A DNA stretch of 64,000 nt, taken from contig JACOYB010000006.1 of the NCBI GenBank assembly GCA_016182085.1, forward strand, positions 2,015 to 66,014, given 5' to 3'. This stretch comes from Candidatus Magasanikiibacteriota bacterium (GTDB taxonomy: Bacteria > Patescibacteriota > Patescibacteriia > Magasanikbacterales > GWA2-37-8). This document shows, piece after piece, positions 8,621 through 21,021 of the stretch. Under the pieces are notes generated by a model that searched no databases, had not been told where the DNA came from, and saw nothing but the letters and a program-made list of their open reading frames with translations. Numbering within the stretch: position 1 is the first letter of the stretch; every line of letters begins with the position of its first letter. Made by a program: the position numbers and the translations under genes.

Positions 8621-8941
8621 ATGGAAACCTCACCCGACACATTATTTGTCGCTTTAGAATACGACAAAAATTTGCCCAAACTTGATCTGCATGGCACAAA
8701 GCCTAAGGAAGTAGAAAATGCAGTCTTTAATTTTTTGTTAGAACAAATAAACCTTGGCGAATATAAGGCGCAAATAATTTACGGCCGCGGCGGTTCTGGT
8801 GTATTAAGAAACAAAGCTAAAGAATTTCTTAATAAAAATATGGCCGAACCCAACCCAGTTCTTAAGCTGGTAAAAGCTTGGAAAGAGTCATCTTTGGCCG
8901 ATGCCGGGGGTAGATGCCTGATTTTGCTAGAATCAGCCTAA
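8621..8941 (+). CDS. Smr/MutS2 C-terminal-like small domain protein
   Basis: KLDLHG and IIYGRGGSGVLR motifs. Confidence 0.8.
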   Translation: METSPDTLFVALEYDKNLPKLDLHGTKPKEVENAVFNFLLEQINLGEYKAQIIYGRGGSGVLRNKAKEFLNKNMAEPNPVLKLVKAWKESSLADAGGRCLILLESA

Positions 8942-8973
8942 TTTTTCCCACCGATTATCCCCAAATCCAGCTC

Positions 8974-9002
8974 TTGACAGATATTTTTATTTTAGCTATA
9001 AT
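8974..9002 (+). promoter_or_regulatory. Consensus sigma70 promoter for the 23S-5S operon
   Basis: TTGACA-17 bp-TATAAT. Confidence 0.88.
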
Positions 9003-9486
9003 CGTCTGTACATATAAAGTCCCGATTCATTCGGGAACCAAGTCCACAAATCTAAACATTTGGACCTCTGGGTAAATCTAAGTTTAGTCCTGTTTATTCG
9101 GGACATTATCACACATGATAAACAAAACTAAAATTTTACTCAGTTAGTCCAAGTGGTCAACGCGCGTCGCGCGTTTTGAAGGCCGCCTGGAAGGGCGGTT
9201 TTATAAATTTTAAAATCAAAAGAACATTTCAAACGAAGCGAGAAATATTAAAAAATATTTTTCACTTTGATTGAAATGAAAGTTTCGGTTGAAGTTCGCG
9301 AACGTTGACAATTCATTGGTCAATTCAACAATAATAGGGTAGGTAGTCCTCAACCATGAGTTTGAGGAACTCAAATATATTAGGCTACGGTTTAATATAA
9401 AGTTAAAACTACACAAACGCGATGAAGCCCGCGGATTCTTAATAGGAAATCCGCAAATGGGCGAAGCACTTTTTAGTGCTTTAGTC

Positions 9487-12687
<3,201 letters not shown>

Positions 12688-12752
12688 AAAGAAGCACTAA
12701 GCAGTGCTCCCATTATTGTTTTGACTCAATGAATTTTAAAAACACACCATAG

Positions 12753-12860
12753 TTTTGGTGGCATGAGCGAGAGGGTTATACCTGTTCCCATCCCGAACAC
12801 AGAAGTCAAGCCTCTTAGCGCCGATGATAGCAGCAATGCAAAAGTAGGCCGCCGCCAGAA
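12753..12860 (+). rRNA. rrf: 5S rRNA (short form)
   Basis: TTGGTGGC..CCTGTTCCCATCCCGAACACAGAAGTCAAGC..AGTAGGCCGCCGCCAG; flanking ACACCAT/ATGGTGT stem. Confidence 0.93.
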
Positions 12861-12887
12861 CCATGGTGTGTTTTTTTTATAAATTTT

Positions 12888-12986
12888 CAGCGCTGACCCG
12901 CCCGCAACGCCTGAGCAAGCTCAAGCTTGCGATGGTGGGCGGGTGATAGCAGCAATGCAAAAGTAGGCCGTCGCCAGGACAATGGT
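12888..12986 (+). pseudogene. Duplicated 3' third of 5S rRNA interrupted by a 47-bp CCCGCC..GGCGGG insertion (12897-12943)
   Basis: CAGCGCTGA[insert]TGATAGCAGCAATGCAAAAGTAGGCCGTCGCCAG vs intact TAGCGCCGATGATAGCAGCAATGCAAAAGTAGGCCGCCGCCAG. Confidence 0.8.
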
Positions 12987-13186
12987 CTTTTTTTGTATCT
13001 CAATAATACCATTGACAAAATGGGTTTTTTATGGTATATTACGCTGTTCATTTTTAGAGAACATTCGGCTATTTTGCATCGTTATAGGTGCCTAGTGGCG
13101 GAAAGTTCTCCACGGTTGCATAGGGCAGACGTGGTAAAAAGAATCTATCAAACTAACCGTTTCAGCAACATCTACTGGAGGATCCC

Positions 13187-13645
13187 GTGGTCAATTTCAA
13201 CCGTGCGTCTTGGCGATTCATAAAGGGGTTCGGTATCGGCTTCGTCTGTCTGGAGCTCGTGCTGCTCGCCTTCTTCCTCTTGGTGATCAACACCGATAGG
13301 ATGACCATCATGTTCACTTCGGTCATCGCCGTCGCCATCGCAATCATCGTCGGCGCCCAAGAAGCGCTCGGGCCATACATGACGGAATACCATGATGATG
13401 AGCAGGACTGGTTCGCTCGCTGCAAGGCCTGGTTCATGTGCCACTCCCGCTGGGAGATGTTCTGGAAGACCTGGCTGCTGAGCACAGCCTTCATTTTCCT
13501 CCTGTGCCTGGTGGGTTTGCAAGCCACAGACGTTCTTTCCATGTTGGATATCAACCTGGGGGGAGGCGTGGTGGTACAGTCAGTAGTTCTCGGTGCGGTG
13601 GGTGGCGCGCTTCGCACCTTCAAGTACTGGGACAAACTGGAATAG
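13187..13645 (+). CDS. Hypothetical multi-pass membrane protein (GC-richer than flanks)
   Basis: About four hydrophobic segments; GGAGG SD before GTG; TTGACA-17-TATATT promoter at 13012-13040. Confidence 0.7.
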   Translation: MVNFNRASWRFIKGFGIGFVCLELVLLAFFLLVINTDRMTIMFTSVIAVAIAIIVGAQEALGPYMTEYHDDEQDWFARCKAWFMCHSRWEMFWKTWLLSTAFIFLLCLVGLQATDVLSMLDINLGGGVVVQSVVLGAVGGALRTFKYWDKLE

Positions 13646-13934
13646 AACCCCCGAAGGTCGCGCAGTATCAGAAGTAGTTCTTTTGCGCCACGCAAGTAGC
13701 TAACCGTGCTCTCTCAAGGGTCGGTCTCGTCCGGTTCGGTTCTACAGCGATGTAGAACCGGCCAAGTATCTAGATTGTAATTCATTACAACTTGGATATT
13801 TGGTAAAAAAATGAGCGTTCAAATTCTTTTGACGCTCATTTTTTTGTATGGTAATCTACAGCGAACTAGAGCTTCGTTTGTCTTGGTATTTTCACCGTTA
13901 TAAACGAAAAGCTCGTAGAAAAAAGGAGAAGCTC

Positions 13935-14078
13935 ATGCCCTGGTGGGGATATCTTCTGGGAGCCGTAGTTCTTTCGATCCCGTTCGTGCTGTTGGTGCGT
14001 TGGGGCCTCAGAAAAGTCGTTGGGGACAATGATGTCAACGACAGTAATCGAAACGGGAAAACCGACGAGTGGTCATAA
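13935..14078 (+). CDS. Small single-TM protein
   Basis: AAGGAG SD before ATG 13935; MPWWGYLLGAVVLSIPFVLLVRW. Confidence 0.55.
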   Translation: MPWWGYLLGAVVLSIPFVLLVRWGLRKVVGDNDVNDSNRNGKTDEWS

Positions 14079-14165
14079 CCAACGTGCCCTTGGGGGTAGG
14101 GTACGTTGGCCCCTGTATTGTTTTTGGGATGTCTTAAATTATCTGTAGTGTAGAAAATTATAATT

Positions 14166-14987
14166 ATGAATCTTTCTATTTTCCAAAATCAAGGCAAATA
14201 TTTAATGCTTGCTTTAGATCACCGAGGTAGTTTTAAAAAATACGTTAAACCCGAAGATCCGGATTCAGTTACAAACGAAGAACTTATTAAAATCAAAGGC
14301 CAAATCATAAGTGCGGTAGAAGACCAATGTAGCGGTGTGCTTATAGATGTAGATTGGGGTTTGCCCGGTTACAAATCAAAAACCAAACCGTATTTATTGC
14401 CGCTGGAAAAAAGCGGATATACCGATGCTGCCGGCGAGCGTGCAACCGAGCTGGGGTATAGCGCCAAACAGCTAAAAGATTGGGGAGCCGGCGGCGCAAA
14501 GTTATTGTTATATTTTAATCCTGAAGCCAGTAATTGCGAAAAGCAGGTAAAAGTGGCAAAACAAGCTTTGGAAGACGCGCATCAAAATGATTTGCCGTTA
14601 TTTTTGGAAATAGTTACTTATGGCAATGAAGAGTTGGGGAAAACTCGCGCCGAATGGGTGTTGCATTCTGTGCAAATGTTGTTAGAACACAGCGTTGTTC
14701 CCGATGTTTGGAAACTAGAATATCCCGGAGATTTGGAGTCATGTAAAAAAATAACGGAACTGGTTGGTGCTACACCGTGGATTCTTTTAACCAGGGGTGA
14801 AAAATTCGCCGGGTTTGCCGAGCAATTAAGAGATGCTGTGAAAGCGGGCGCAGTCGGCTTTTTGGCCGGTCGGGCGCTGTGGCAAGAGATACCGGATTAC
14901 AAAACCGAAGCAGATAAACAGAATTTTTTACACACAGAAGTGGCAAACAGATTTAAAATAATTTCAGAAATCGTTTTGAGCAAGTAG
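14166..14987 (+). CDS. LacD/DUF2090-like class I aldolase
   Basis: MLALDHRGS, GAKLLLYFNP, DVWKLEYP, GFLAGRALW motifs. Confidence 0.88.
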   Translation: MNLSIFQNQGKYLMLALDHRGSFKKYVKPEDPDSVTNEELIKIKGQIISAVEDQCSGVLIDVDWGLPGYKSKTKPYLLPLEKSGYTDAAGERATELGYSAKQLKDWGAGGAKLLLYFNPEASNCEKQVKVAKQALEDAHQNDLPLFLEIVTYGNEELGKTRAEWVLHSVQMLLEHSVVPDVWKLEYPGDLESCKKITELVGATPWILLTRGEKFAGFAEQLRDAVKAGAVGFLAGRALWQEIPDYKTEADKQNFLHTEVANRFKIISEIVLSK

Positions 14988-15005
14988 TATCAGAAAATAG
15001 ATATT

Positions 15006-15644
15006 ATGTTCAATTACGCCTTTGTAGACTGGGATAATACCATATATAACACGGTTGCTTTTGAAACGGATATTTTTAATATATTTGGCAGGTATGGCGC
15101 GTCTTTGGCGGATATTAAAAAAACATTCCTAAAATCTTTATGCACCGTCTCGCCGCATCATTATGATTATACCTTTGAAGAACACGCGCAGTTTTTGCGC
15201 GATCTGGGTTACGCGCTGCCACCCACGGTAGAAGCCGAGCTCACCGCGCTGTTTTCAAAAGATTATATCTTTGCTGATACAGTATCATTTTTACAGTTTT
15301 TAAAAAGTATTTCTAAAAACGTAATTCTGCTTTCAGCTGGCGATGAAAATTTTCAGATGCATAAAATTAATGGCAGCCACATCGTCAGTCATTTTGATGA
15401 AGTTATCATAGTTGGCGGAGATAAAGAAAAGTATCTGATTAATAATTATAACGAAGAAAAAATATTTTTTGTAAATGATAATGTGCATGAAAATACATTG
15501 GTAGTTAAAGAAGCGCCATTTGCCACAGTTATTACAAAATTTAATACCGTGCGGTACACGGAAGATCAGGTAAAAGAGGTAGGCGTGCCGTACTTTAAAA
15601 CTCTAACCGAGATTAAACAATATGTTGAACAGCAAATTAAGTAA
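15006..15644 (+). CDS. HAD-superfamily hydrolase
   Basis: FVDWDNTIY motif I; FFVNDN motif IV. Confidence 0.75.
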   Translation: MFNYAFVDWDNTIYNTVAFETDIFNIFGRYGASLADIKKTFLKSLCTVSPHHYDYTFEEHAQFLRDLGYALPPTVEAELTALFSKDYIFADTVSFLQFLKSISKNVILLSAGDENFQMHKINGSHIVSHFDEVIIVGGDKEKYLINNYNEEKIFFVNDNVHENTLVVKEAPFATVITKFNTVRYTEDQVKEVGVPYFKTLTEIKQYVEQQIK

Positions 15645-16377
15645 GGTTGGCGCAGTTATTATGGCTGCGGGAAAGGGCACGCGCCTTAATTGTACGGACA
15701 AACCCAAAGTAATGTGTGAAATTGGAGGAAAACCAATCGTGTCTTATGTGGTTGACACTCTAAGACAAATCGGATTTAAAAAAGAACAGATATGTTTAGT
15801 GGTCGGTTTTAAAAAAGAAAAAATAGAAGAATATCTTAAAGATAAGGTGAGTTACGCTGTGCAAGAGCAGCAACTTGGTACTGGGCACGCGGCTTATACC
15901 GGAATGATAAATTTGCCCGGCAATATTACGGAGGTGTTGGTAATGGGAGGAGATGACAGTGCTTTTTATTCTGCGGAAACAATTTTGGATTTAATTAGTA
16001 GACATGAGCGAAACAAAGCAACTGTTTCGGTATTATCTGTAGAATTAGACGAACCGTCTCTTTTTGGTCGCATCGTAAAATACGATGATGGCAGGGTAGA
16101 AATTATTGAAAAAGAATATTTAACCGAAGAGCAGAAAAAAATAAAAGAAATAAATGCCGGAACGTATGTTTTTAATAGATCTTGGTTTGAAAACATGTTT
16201 CCGCGCATGCCTAAAATGAAAAAATTAGGTGAATTTGGAATTAATCCATCTGTCACTATGGCTCAAAAAGAAGGCAAAAAAATTCAAGTTGTAAAATTGC
16301 AAGATAATCAAGAGTGGTTCGGTGTAAACACGCCCGCCGAGCTGGAAGAAGCCGATAAACGAAAAAGTATTATTTAA
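15622..16377 (+). CDS. GlmU-like nucleotidyltransferase, N-terminal uridyltransferase domain only
   Basis: MAAGKGTRL..PKVM, QEQQLGTGHA, EINAGTYVF, GVNTPAEL; ends without hexapeptide acetyltransferase domain. Confidence 0.88.
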   Translation: MLNSKLSKVGAVIMAAGKGTRLNCTDKPKVMCEIGGKPIVSYVVDTLRQIGFKKEQICLVVGFKKEKIEEYLKDKVSYAVQEQQLGTGHAAYTGMINLPGNITEVLVMGGDDSAFYSAETILDLISRHERNKATVSVLSVELDEPSLFGRIVKYDDGRVEIIEKEYLTEEQKKIKEINAGTYVFNRSWFENMFPRMPKMKKLGEFGINPSVTMAQKEGKKIQVVKLQDNQEWFGVNTPAELEEADKRKSII

Positions 16378-16386
16378 ACTTAATAT

Positions 16387-16791
16387 ATGGAAAGACCCAA
16401 AGAAGGAAAATTTTCAAGAAAAGAAATACTCCAAGATTATAAGAATGAATTTAGCTGGTTGTATTCTTATGTTGGACTGGCGGTAGATGATCCTTTTTTT
16501 AAGGAGCAGCTTATATCAATTTGTAGATCCGAATTTGAAAAGAACCAAGGGGGTGTGCTTCGCTCTCTTAAGAGTATGGCCAATGCTAAATATGGAATGG
16601 ATTTTTCGCCAGAAGAGTACGAAAAGGAGGTAGAGCAGTTGGATAAATGGGTGGAAGAAATAAACAGGGCTTTTGTTAATCTTTTTAGAAAAGAAACTAT
16701 AGAGCCGCAAGATGAAGACTCTTTTATATCCACAATAAATCCTTTAGTAAAAAATTCAATTGAATTAATAAATTCAACAATAAATCAATAA
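16387..16791 (+). CDS. Hypothetical protein
   Basis: 134-aa ORF filling the operon gap between glmU-like gene and glmS. Confidence 0.6.
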   Translation: MERPKEGKFSRKEILQDYKNEFSWLYSYVGLAVDDPFFKEQLISICRSEFEKNQGGVLRSLKSMANAKYGMDFSPEEYEKEVEQLDKWVEEINRAFVNLFRKETIEPQDEDSFISTINPLVKNSIELINSTINQ

Positions 16792-16796
16792 ATAGT

Positions 16797-18620
16797 ATGT
16801 GCGGTATCGTAGCCTACATTGGTTCCAAACAAGCGCTGCCGATTTTAATCGGGGGTTTGCGCCGTTTGGAATATCGCGGTTATGATAGCGCCGGACTGGC
16901 TGTTTTTGAAAATGGACAGCCGTGCTTGGTAAAAGCCGTAGGCAAGATTGATAATCTTTCTGAAAAACTGAAGAACCAGAGTTTTGATAGTACATTTGGC
17001 ATTGCTCACACACGGTGGGCAACGCATGGCGGGGTTACCGAACCTAATACTCATCCGCACACTGATTGTACCGGCAACATTGTGTTAGCCCACAACGGGA
17101 TTATAGAAAATTATCGCGAGCTTAAAGAATCGTTGGGAAGCAATCATAGATATACTTCGGAAACAGACTCCGAAGTTTTGGCGCACCTCATTGAGAAAGA
17201 GTATACTGGCGATTTGCGTCAAGCAGTGCTCTCAGCGCTGGGTCAAGTACGAGGCACCTATGGGTTGGCTATTATGCATAAAGATCATCCTGGGACGCTT
17301 GTCTGCGCGCGCATGGGCAGTCCGCTCGTAATTGGACTGGGAGAAAACGAATATTTTGTCGCCAGTGATGCCACGCCAATGCTTGCCTACACCAAAAATG
17401 TTATTTTTTTGGAAGATGGCGAGGTGGCGGAAATAAAGCGAACGGACATGCATATCGTAAATTTAAAAGATCAACAGGTTGCAAAAAAAGTAAGTAAAAT
17501 AGAATGGGACGAGGCCAGCGCCCAAAAACAAGGATTTGCTCATTTCATGCTTAAAGAAATTTTTGACCAGCCAACCGTATTGCAAGACGCAATTCGCGGC
17601 CGGTTTAAGTTGGCAGATGGCACGGCGCATTTGGGCGGACTTAATATGTCCGAACCAGAAATGCGGGAGATAAAAAGAATTGTCCTTATTGCCTGCGGTA
17701 CGGCTTCGTATGCGGCCATGGCCGGAAAATATATGTTTGAACGGCTAGCTGGAATTCCGGTAGAAGTAGATGTAGCCAGTGAATTTCGCTATCGCGACCC
17801 AATTATAGATAATCAGACGCTGGTGTTTGGTATTTCTCAATCCGGTGAAACGGCCGACACTTTGGCGGCGCTTAAAGAAGCAAAACGCAAAGGCGCGTTT
17901 GTGCGCGGCATAGTAAATGTCGTTGGCTCCACGATTGCTCGCGAAACCGACGGCGGCACCTATATTCATGCCGGGCCGGAGTTAGCCGTGGCTTCCACCA
18001 AAGCCTTTACCAATATGACGGCAATTTTATTATTATATGCTTTGCAATTTGGCAGATTAAATAAATTAAGCGTGGCCACCGGCCAAAGACTGCTGGCCGC
18101 TCTGACAGAAATTCCGGAAAAAATGAAATTAATTTTACAGCAGAGCGATAAAATAAAAGAGTTGGCGGAGAAATATAAAAATGCACGTGACTTTTTATTT
18201 TTGGGTCGTGGCGTTAATTTCCCCGTAGCCCTAGAAGGATCATTAAAGTTAAAAGAAATTAGTTATATCCATAGCGAAGCGGTGCCGGGCGGGGAAATGA
18301 AGCATGGGCCGATTGCTTTGCTTTCACCGGAATTTCCTGTGTTTGCCATCATGACAAAAAATCAATTATACGATAAGATGCGCAGTAATATAGAAGAAGT
18401 AAAAGCGCGTAAAGCCCCGATAATTTTAATAGCTACCGAAGGGGATTTGGGCGCCGCCGATTTGGCCCAGGATGTTATATATGTGCCGCCGACAATGGAA
18501 CTTTTGGAACCGCTGCTCAATACCCTTCCACTGCAATTGTTTGCCTACCATATGGCCGTGGCCCTAGGCAGAGATGTGGACAGGCCGCGAAATTTAGCTA
18601 AATCAGTAACCGTTGAGTAA
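16797..18620 (+). CDS. glmS: Glutamine-fructose-6-phosphate transaminase
   Basis: MCGIV, LEYRGYDSAG, HTRWATHG, SQSGETADT, PRNLAKSVTVE. Confidence 0.99.
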   Translation: MCGIVAYIGSKQALPILIGGLRRLEYRGYDSAGLAVFENGQPCLVKAVGKIDNLSEKLKNQSFDSTFGIAHTRWATHGGVTEPNTHPHTDCTGNIVLAHNGIIENYRELKESLGSNHRYTSETDSEVLAHLIEKEYTGDLRQAVLSALGQVRGTYGLAIMHKDHPGTLVCARMGSPLVIGLGENEYFVASDATPMLAYTKNVIFLEDGEVAEIKRTDMHIVNLKDQQVAKKVSKIEWDEASAQKQGFAHFMLKEIFDQPTVLQDAIRGRFKLADGTAHLGGLNMSEPEMREIKRIVLIACGTASYAAMAGKYMFERLAGIPVEVDVASEFRYRDPIIDNQTLVFGISQSGETADTLAALKEAKRKGAFVRGIVNVVGSTIARETDGGTYIHAGPELAVASTKAFTNMTAILLLYALQFGRLNKLSVATGQRLLAALTEIPEKMKLILQQSDKIKELAEKYKNARDFLFLGRGVNFPVALEGSLKLKEISYIHSEAVPGGEMKHGPIALLSPEFPVFAIMTKNQLYDKMRSNIEEVKARKAPIILIATEGDLGAADLAQDVIYVPPTMELLEPLLNTLPLQLFAYHMAVALGRDVDRPRNLAKSVTVE

Positions 18621-18624
18621 TTAT

Positions 18625-19047
18625 ATGAGTAAATCATTTAAAGTAATTCTTGTTTTGATAATAGCAATATTTACATCTATATTTGTGCACATTTATAAGT
18701 TTGAAGAGTATTTAATTCCGACCCTTGCTATAGAGTATATTAAAAAAGCAGGTTGCCAAGCTGTTAATGGTAAACCGAAATGGAATTGTGTAGGCAGAAT
18801 TGAGTGTGAATTTCCTGCTAAAGATTATGGAAAATCTTGTAATAATTCCGAGGATTGCAAATACAATTGTGTTATTAATGATTCAAGTGTGAATTTATAT
18901 TGTCATAATTCTACTTCGGCTCCAAAATATTCCGTTGGTAAAGAATGCTCTGGTATAAGCGGTCGTTGCGAAAAATATCTTGGAGAGAGCGATTATAGAT
19001 ATGAAGATGGTTATATATTTGATAATATGTACGGATGTGCCCAATAA
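18625..19047 (+). CDS. Membrane-anchored Cys-rich hypothetical protein
   Basis: N-terminal TM then many Cys (D.GK.C....DC...C); ATG 18625 in frame with ORF 18613. Confidence 0.65.
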   Translation: MSKSFKVILVLIIAIFTSIFVHIYKFEEYLIPTLAIEYIKKAGCQAVNGKPKWNCVGRIECEFPAKDYGKSCNNSEDCKYNCVINDSSVNLYCHNSTSAPKYSVGKECSGISGRCEKYLGESDYRYEDGYIFDNMYGCAQ

Positions 19048-19059
19048 ATAATTAGATAT

Positions 19060-19731
19060 ATGAAAAACTTCAAAGCAATACTATTTGATATGGATGGCAC
19101 GCTGGTGGATACCAGCTTGCACTGGTTGGCTGCCTATCAAAATTTTATAAAAAAATTTAATGTGTCCTATGTGAGGGAACATATTAAAATGATAGATGGA
19201 AAAAGCCTTGTTCAGTCTTCTAAACTCTTTAAAGAGATGCATAATTTACCGCACTCGGTTGAAGAAATTATGGCGCATAAAATCGCTACCAGCGAAGATG
19301 TGTACAAAGTTCACGCCCTACCTCTTCTTGGCGCCACCGATTTGCTTAAGCAGATTAAAAACCAAAATAATCATAAAACCGCTGTGGCTTCCGGCTCCAG
19401 TTTGGAAAGAATAAAAACGATTGTAGATAGATTCCAGTGGCAAGATTATTTTGACACCCTAGCTTCTACTGATCATGTAAATTATGTAGGCAAACCGGAT
19501 CCCGCCGTGTTTCTGTATGCGGCCGAAGCTTTAGGTGTGTCTCCCGAGGATTGTGTGGTAATAGAAGATTCGGAGAACGGGCTTAACGCTGCCAAAAGAG
19601 CGGGAATGCAATGCGTAATAAGACACGATGACCGCTGGTCTATAGGAGATTATTCAAACGCAGATTTAATGGTAAAATCATTGGAAGACAAAGAAATTTA
19701 CGATTTCTTAGGAGTTACATATGGCTCATAA
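19060..19731 (+). CDS. HAD family IA phosphatase (beta-PGM/CbbY-like)
   Basis: FDMDGTLVD, GKPDPAVF, CVVIEDSENGLNAAKRAGM. Confidence 0.92.
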   Translation: MKNFKAILFDMDGTLVDTSLHWLAAYQNFIKKFNVSYVREHIKMIDGKSLVQSSKLFKEMHNLPHSVEEIMAHKIATSEDVYKVHALPLLGATDLLKQIKNQNNHKTAVASGSSLERIKTIVDRFQWQDYFDTLASTDHVNYVGKPDPAVFLYAAEALGVSPEDCVVIEDSENGLNAAKRAGMQCVIRHDDRWSIGDYSNADLMVKSLEDKEIYDFLGVTYGS

Positions 19732-20674
19732 AAAAAAGGTGGTAGTTATCGGCGGCGGCAATGGTTCGGCCGTCTGTTTAGAGGGGCTAAAAAAGTATGC
19801 TGGTATTTTTGATATTTCCGCGGTTATTTCCATGAGTGATTCCGGCGGTTCTTCGGGCAAGTTGCGCAAAGAGTTTAACACCTTGCCGCCCGGAGATATT
19901 ATGCGCGCAGTTTTGTCACTTTCAAAGTATGATTACAAAATGTTGAGACAAATTTTTTATAAGCCAAGGTTTAAGGGCGTGGGTAAACTAGACAGTCACA
20001 ATCTGGGTAATTTATTTCTAACACTTATTAGTCAATATAGCCGTAATTTTCTTCATGCCTTGGAAGCGTTGTCGCAAAGCGTGGAAGCAAAAGGGCGTGT
20101 TTACCCTGTAACTTTAGAAAATATAAATTTGGTGGCCGAATTGGATAACGGAAAAATTATCAAAACCGAAGCTTTTATAGATAATCCCGTCTACAATAGA
20201 GGTTGGAAAATAAAGCGCGTATGGCTGGAGCCGCGCGCTCAAGCCTACCCAAAAGCAGCGACAGTTATAAAAGAGGCCGATATTATTGTGTTAAGTCCCG
20301 GCAGTTTGTATACCAGTCTGGTAGCAACCTTACTTCCGGACGGAATAAAAGAAGCCATAGCAAAATCAAAAGCCAAGATAATTTATGTATCCGGCAACGC
20401 CTATAGATTAGATGGAGAAACCGGGCCGGAAAAATTAAGTGAAATGATAATACAGTTAGAAAAATATCTGCCGCGCGTCATTGATTTGGTAATTTATAAT
20501 AATCATAAATTAAATAAAAAACAAAAAAGTTTTTACAAAGAGAAAAAATGGGGCGTATTCAAATTTGATAGAGAAAATTTGAAAGGTAAAACAATTAAAG
20601 CCCTGGATTTGGAGGCGTCTGACAGTTTGTTGGATCCGGTTAAATTAGCCAAAGTATTGAAGAAAGAAATTTAA
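19721..20674 (+). CDS. yvcK: YvcK/GlmR (CofD-like) family protein
   Basis: VVIGGGNG, SDSGGSSGKLR, PPGDI, HNLGNL, LSPGSLYTS. Confidence 0.9.
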   Translation: MAHKKKVVVIGGGNGSAVCLEGLKKYAGIFDISAVISMSDSGGSSGKLRKEFNTLPPGDIMRAVLSLSKYDYKMLRQIFYKPRFKGVGKLDSHNLGNLFLTLISQYSRNFLHALEALSQSVEAKGRVYPVTLENINLVAELDNGKIIKTEAFIDNPVYNRGWKIKRVWLEPRAQAYPKAATVIKEADIIVLSPGSLYTSLVATLLPDGIKEAIAKSKAKIIYVSGNAYRLDGETGPEKLSEMIIQLEKYLPRVIDLVIYNNHKLNKKQKSFYKEKKWGVFKFDRENLKGKTIKALDLEASDSLLDPVKLAKVLKKEI

Positions 20675-20677
20675 AAT

Positions 20678-21013
20678 ATGCAAGTGCAAAAAGAAACAAA
20701 AAAAGATTGTTATGGTTTAAGGATTGCCGCCACCGAGGAAGGCCGCGAGATTGGGCGGATTTGGTTGTACATTATATATAATGATCTTCATAAAGAACCG
20801 TATGGACTCTTGGAAGATATTTTTGTAAGTGAAAGTCAGCGGGGCAAGGGCATTGGTACAACCCTGGTCAAAGAGGCTATCGCCGAAGCAAACCGTATCG
20901 GTTGTTATAAACTGGTAGCCACCACCCGAAGCAGCCGCGGCGTAGTCTGCAGCTGGTATGAAAGTTTGGGCTTTAAAAATTACGGCGCGGAATTTAGGAT
21001 GGATTTAATTTAA
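20678..21013 (+). CDS. GNAT acetyltransferase, GNA1-like
   Basis: GLLEDIFV...QRGKGIG..L........GCYKL..WYESLGF. Confidence 0.85.
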   Translation: MQVQKETKKDCYGLRIAATEEGREIGRIWLYIIYNDLHKEPYGLLEDIFVSESQRGKGIGTTLVKEAIAEANRIGCYKLVATTRSSRGVVCSWYESLGFKNYGAEFRMDLI

Positions 21014-21021
21014 ATACCAAT

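Noticed and set aside
8027-8657. ORFs 8027..8515, 8202..8465, 8227..8439, 8352..8657 and their look-alikes at 62312..62648
   Set aside because: The similar translations come from the shared non-coding element and tRNA-Leu; the frames run through tRNA genes and the substitutions fit base-pair conservation.
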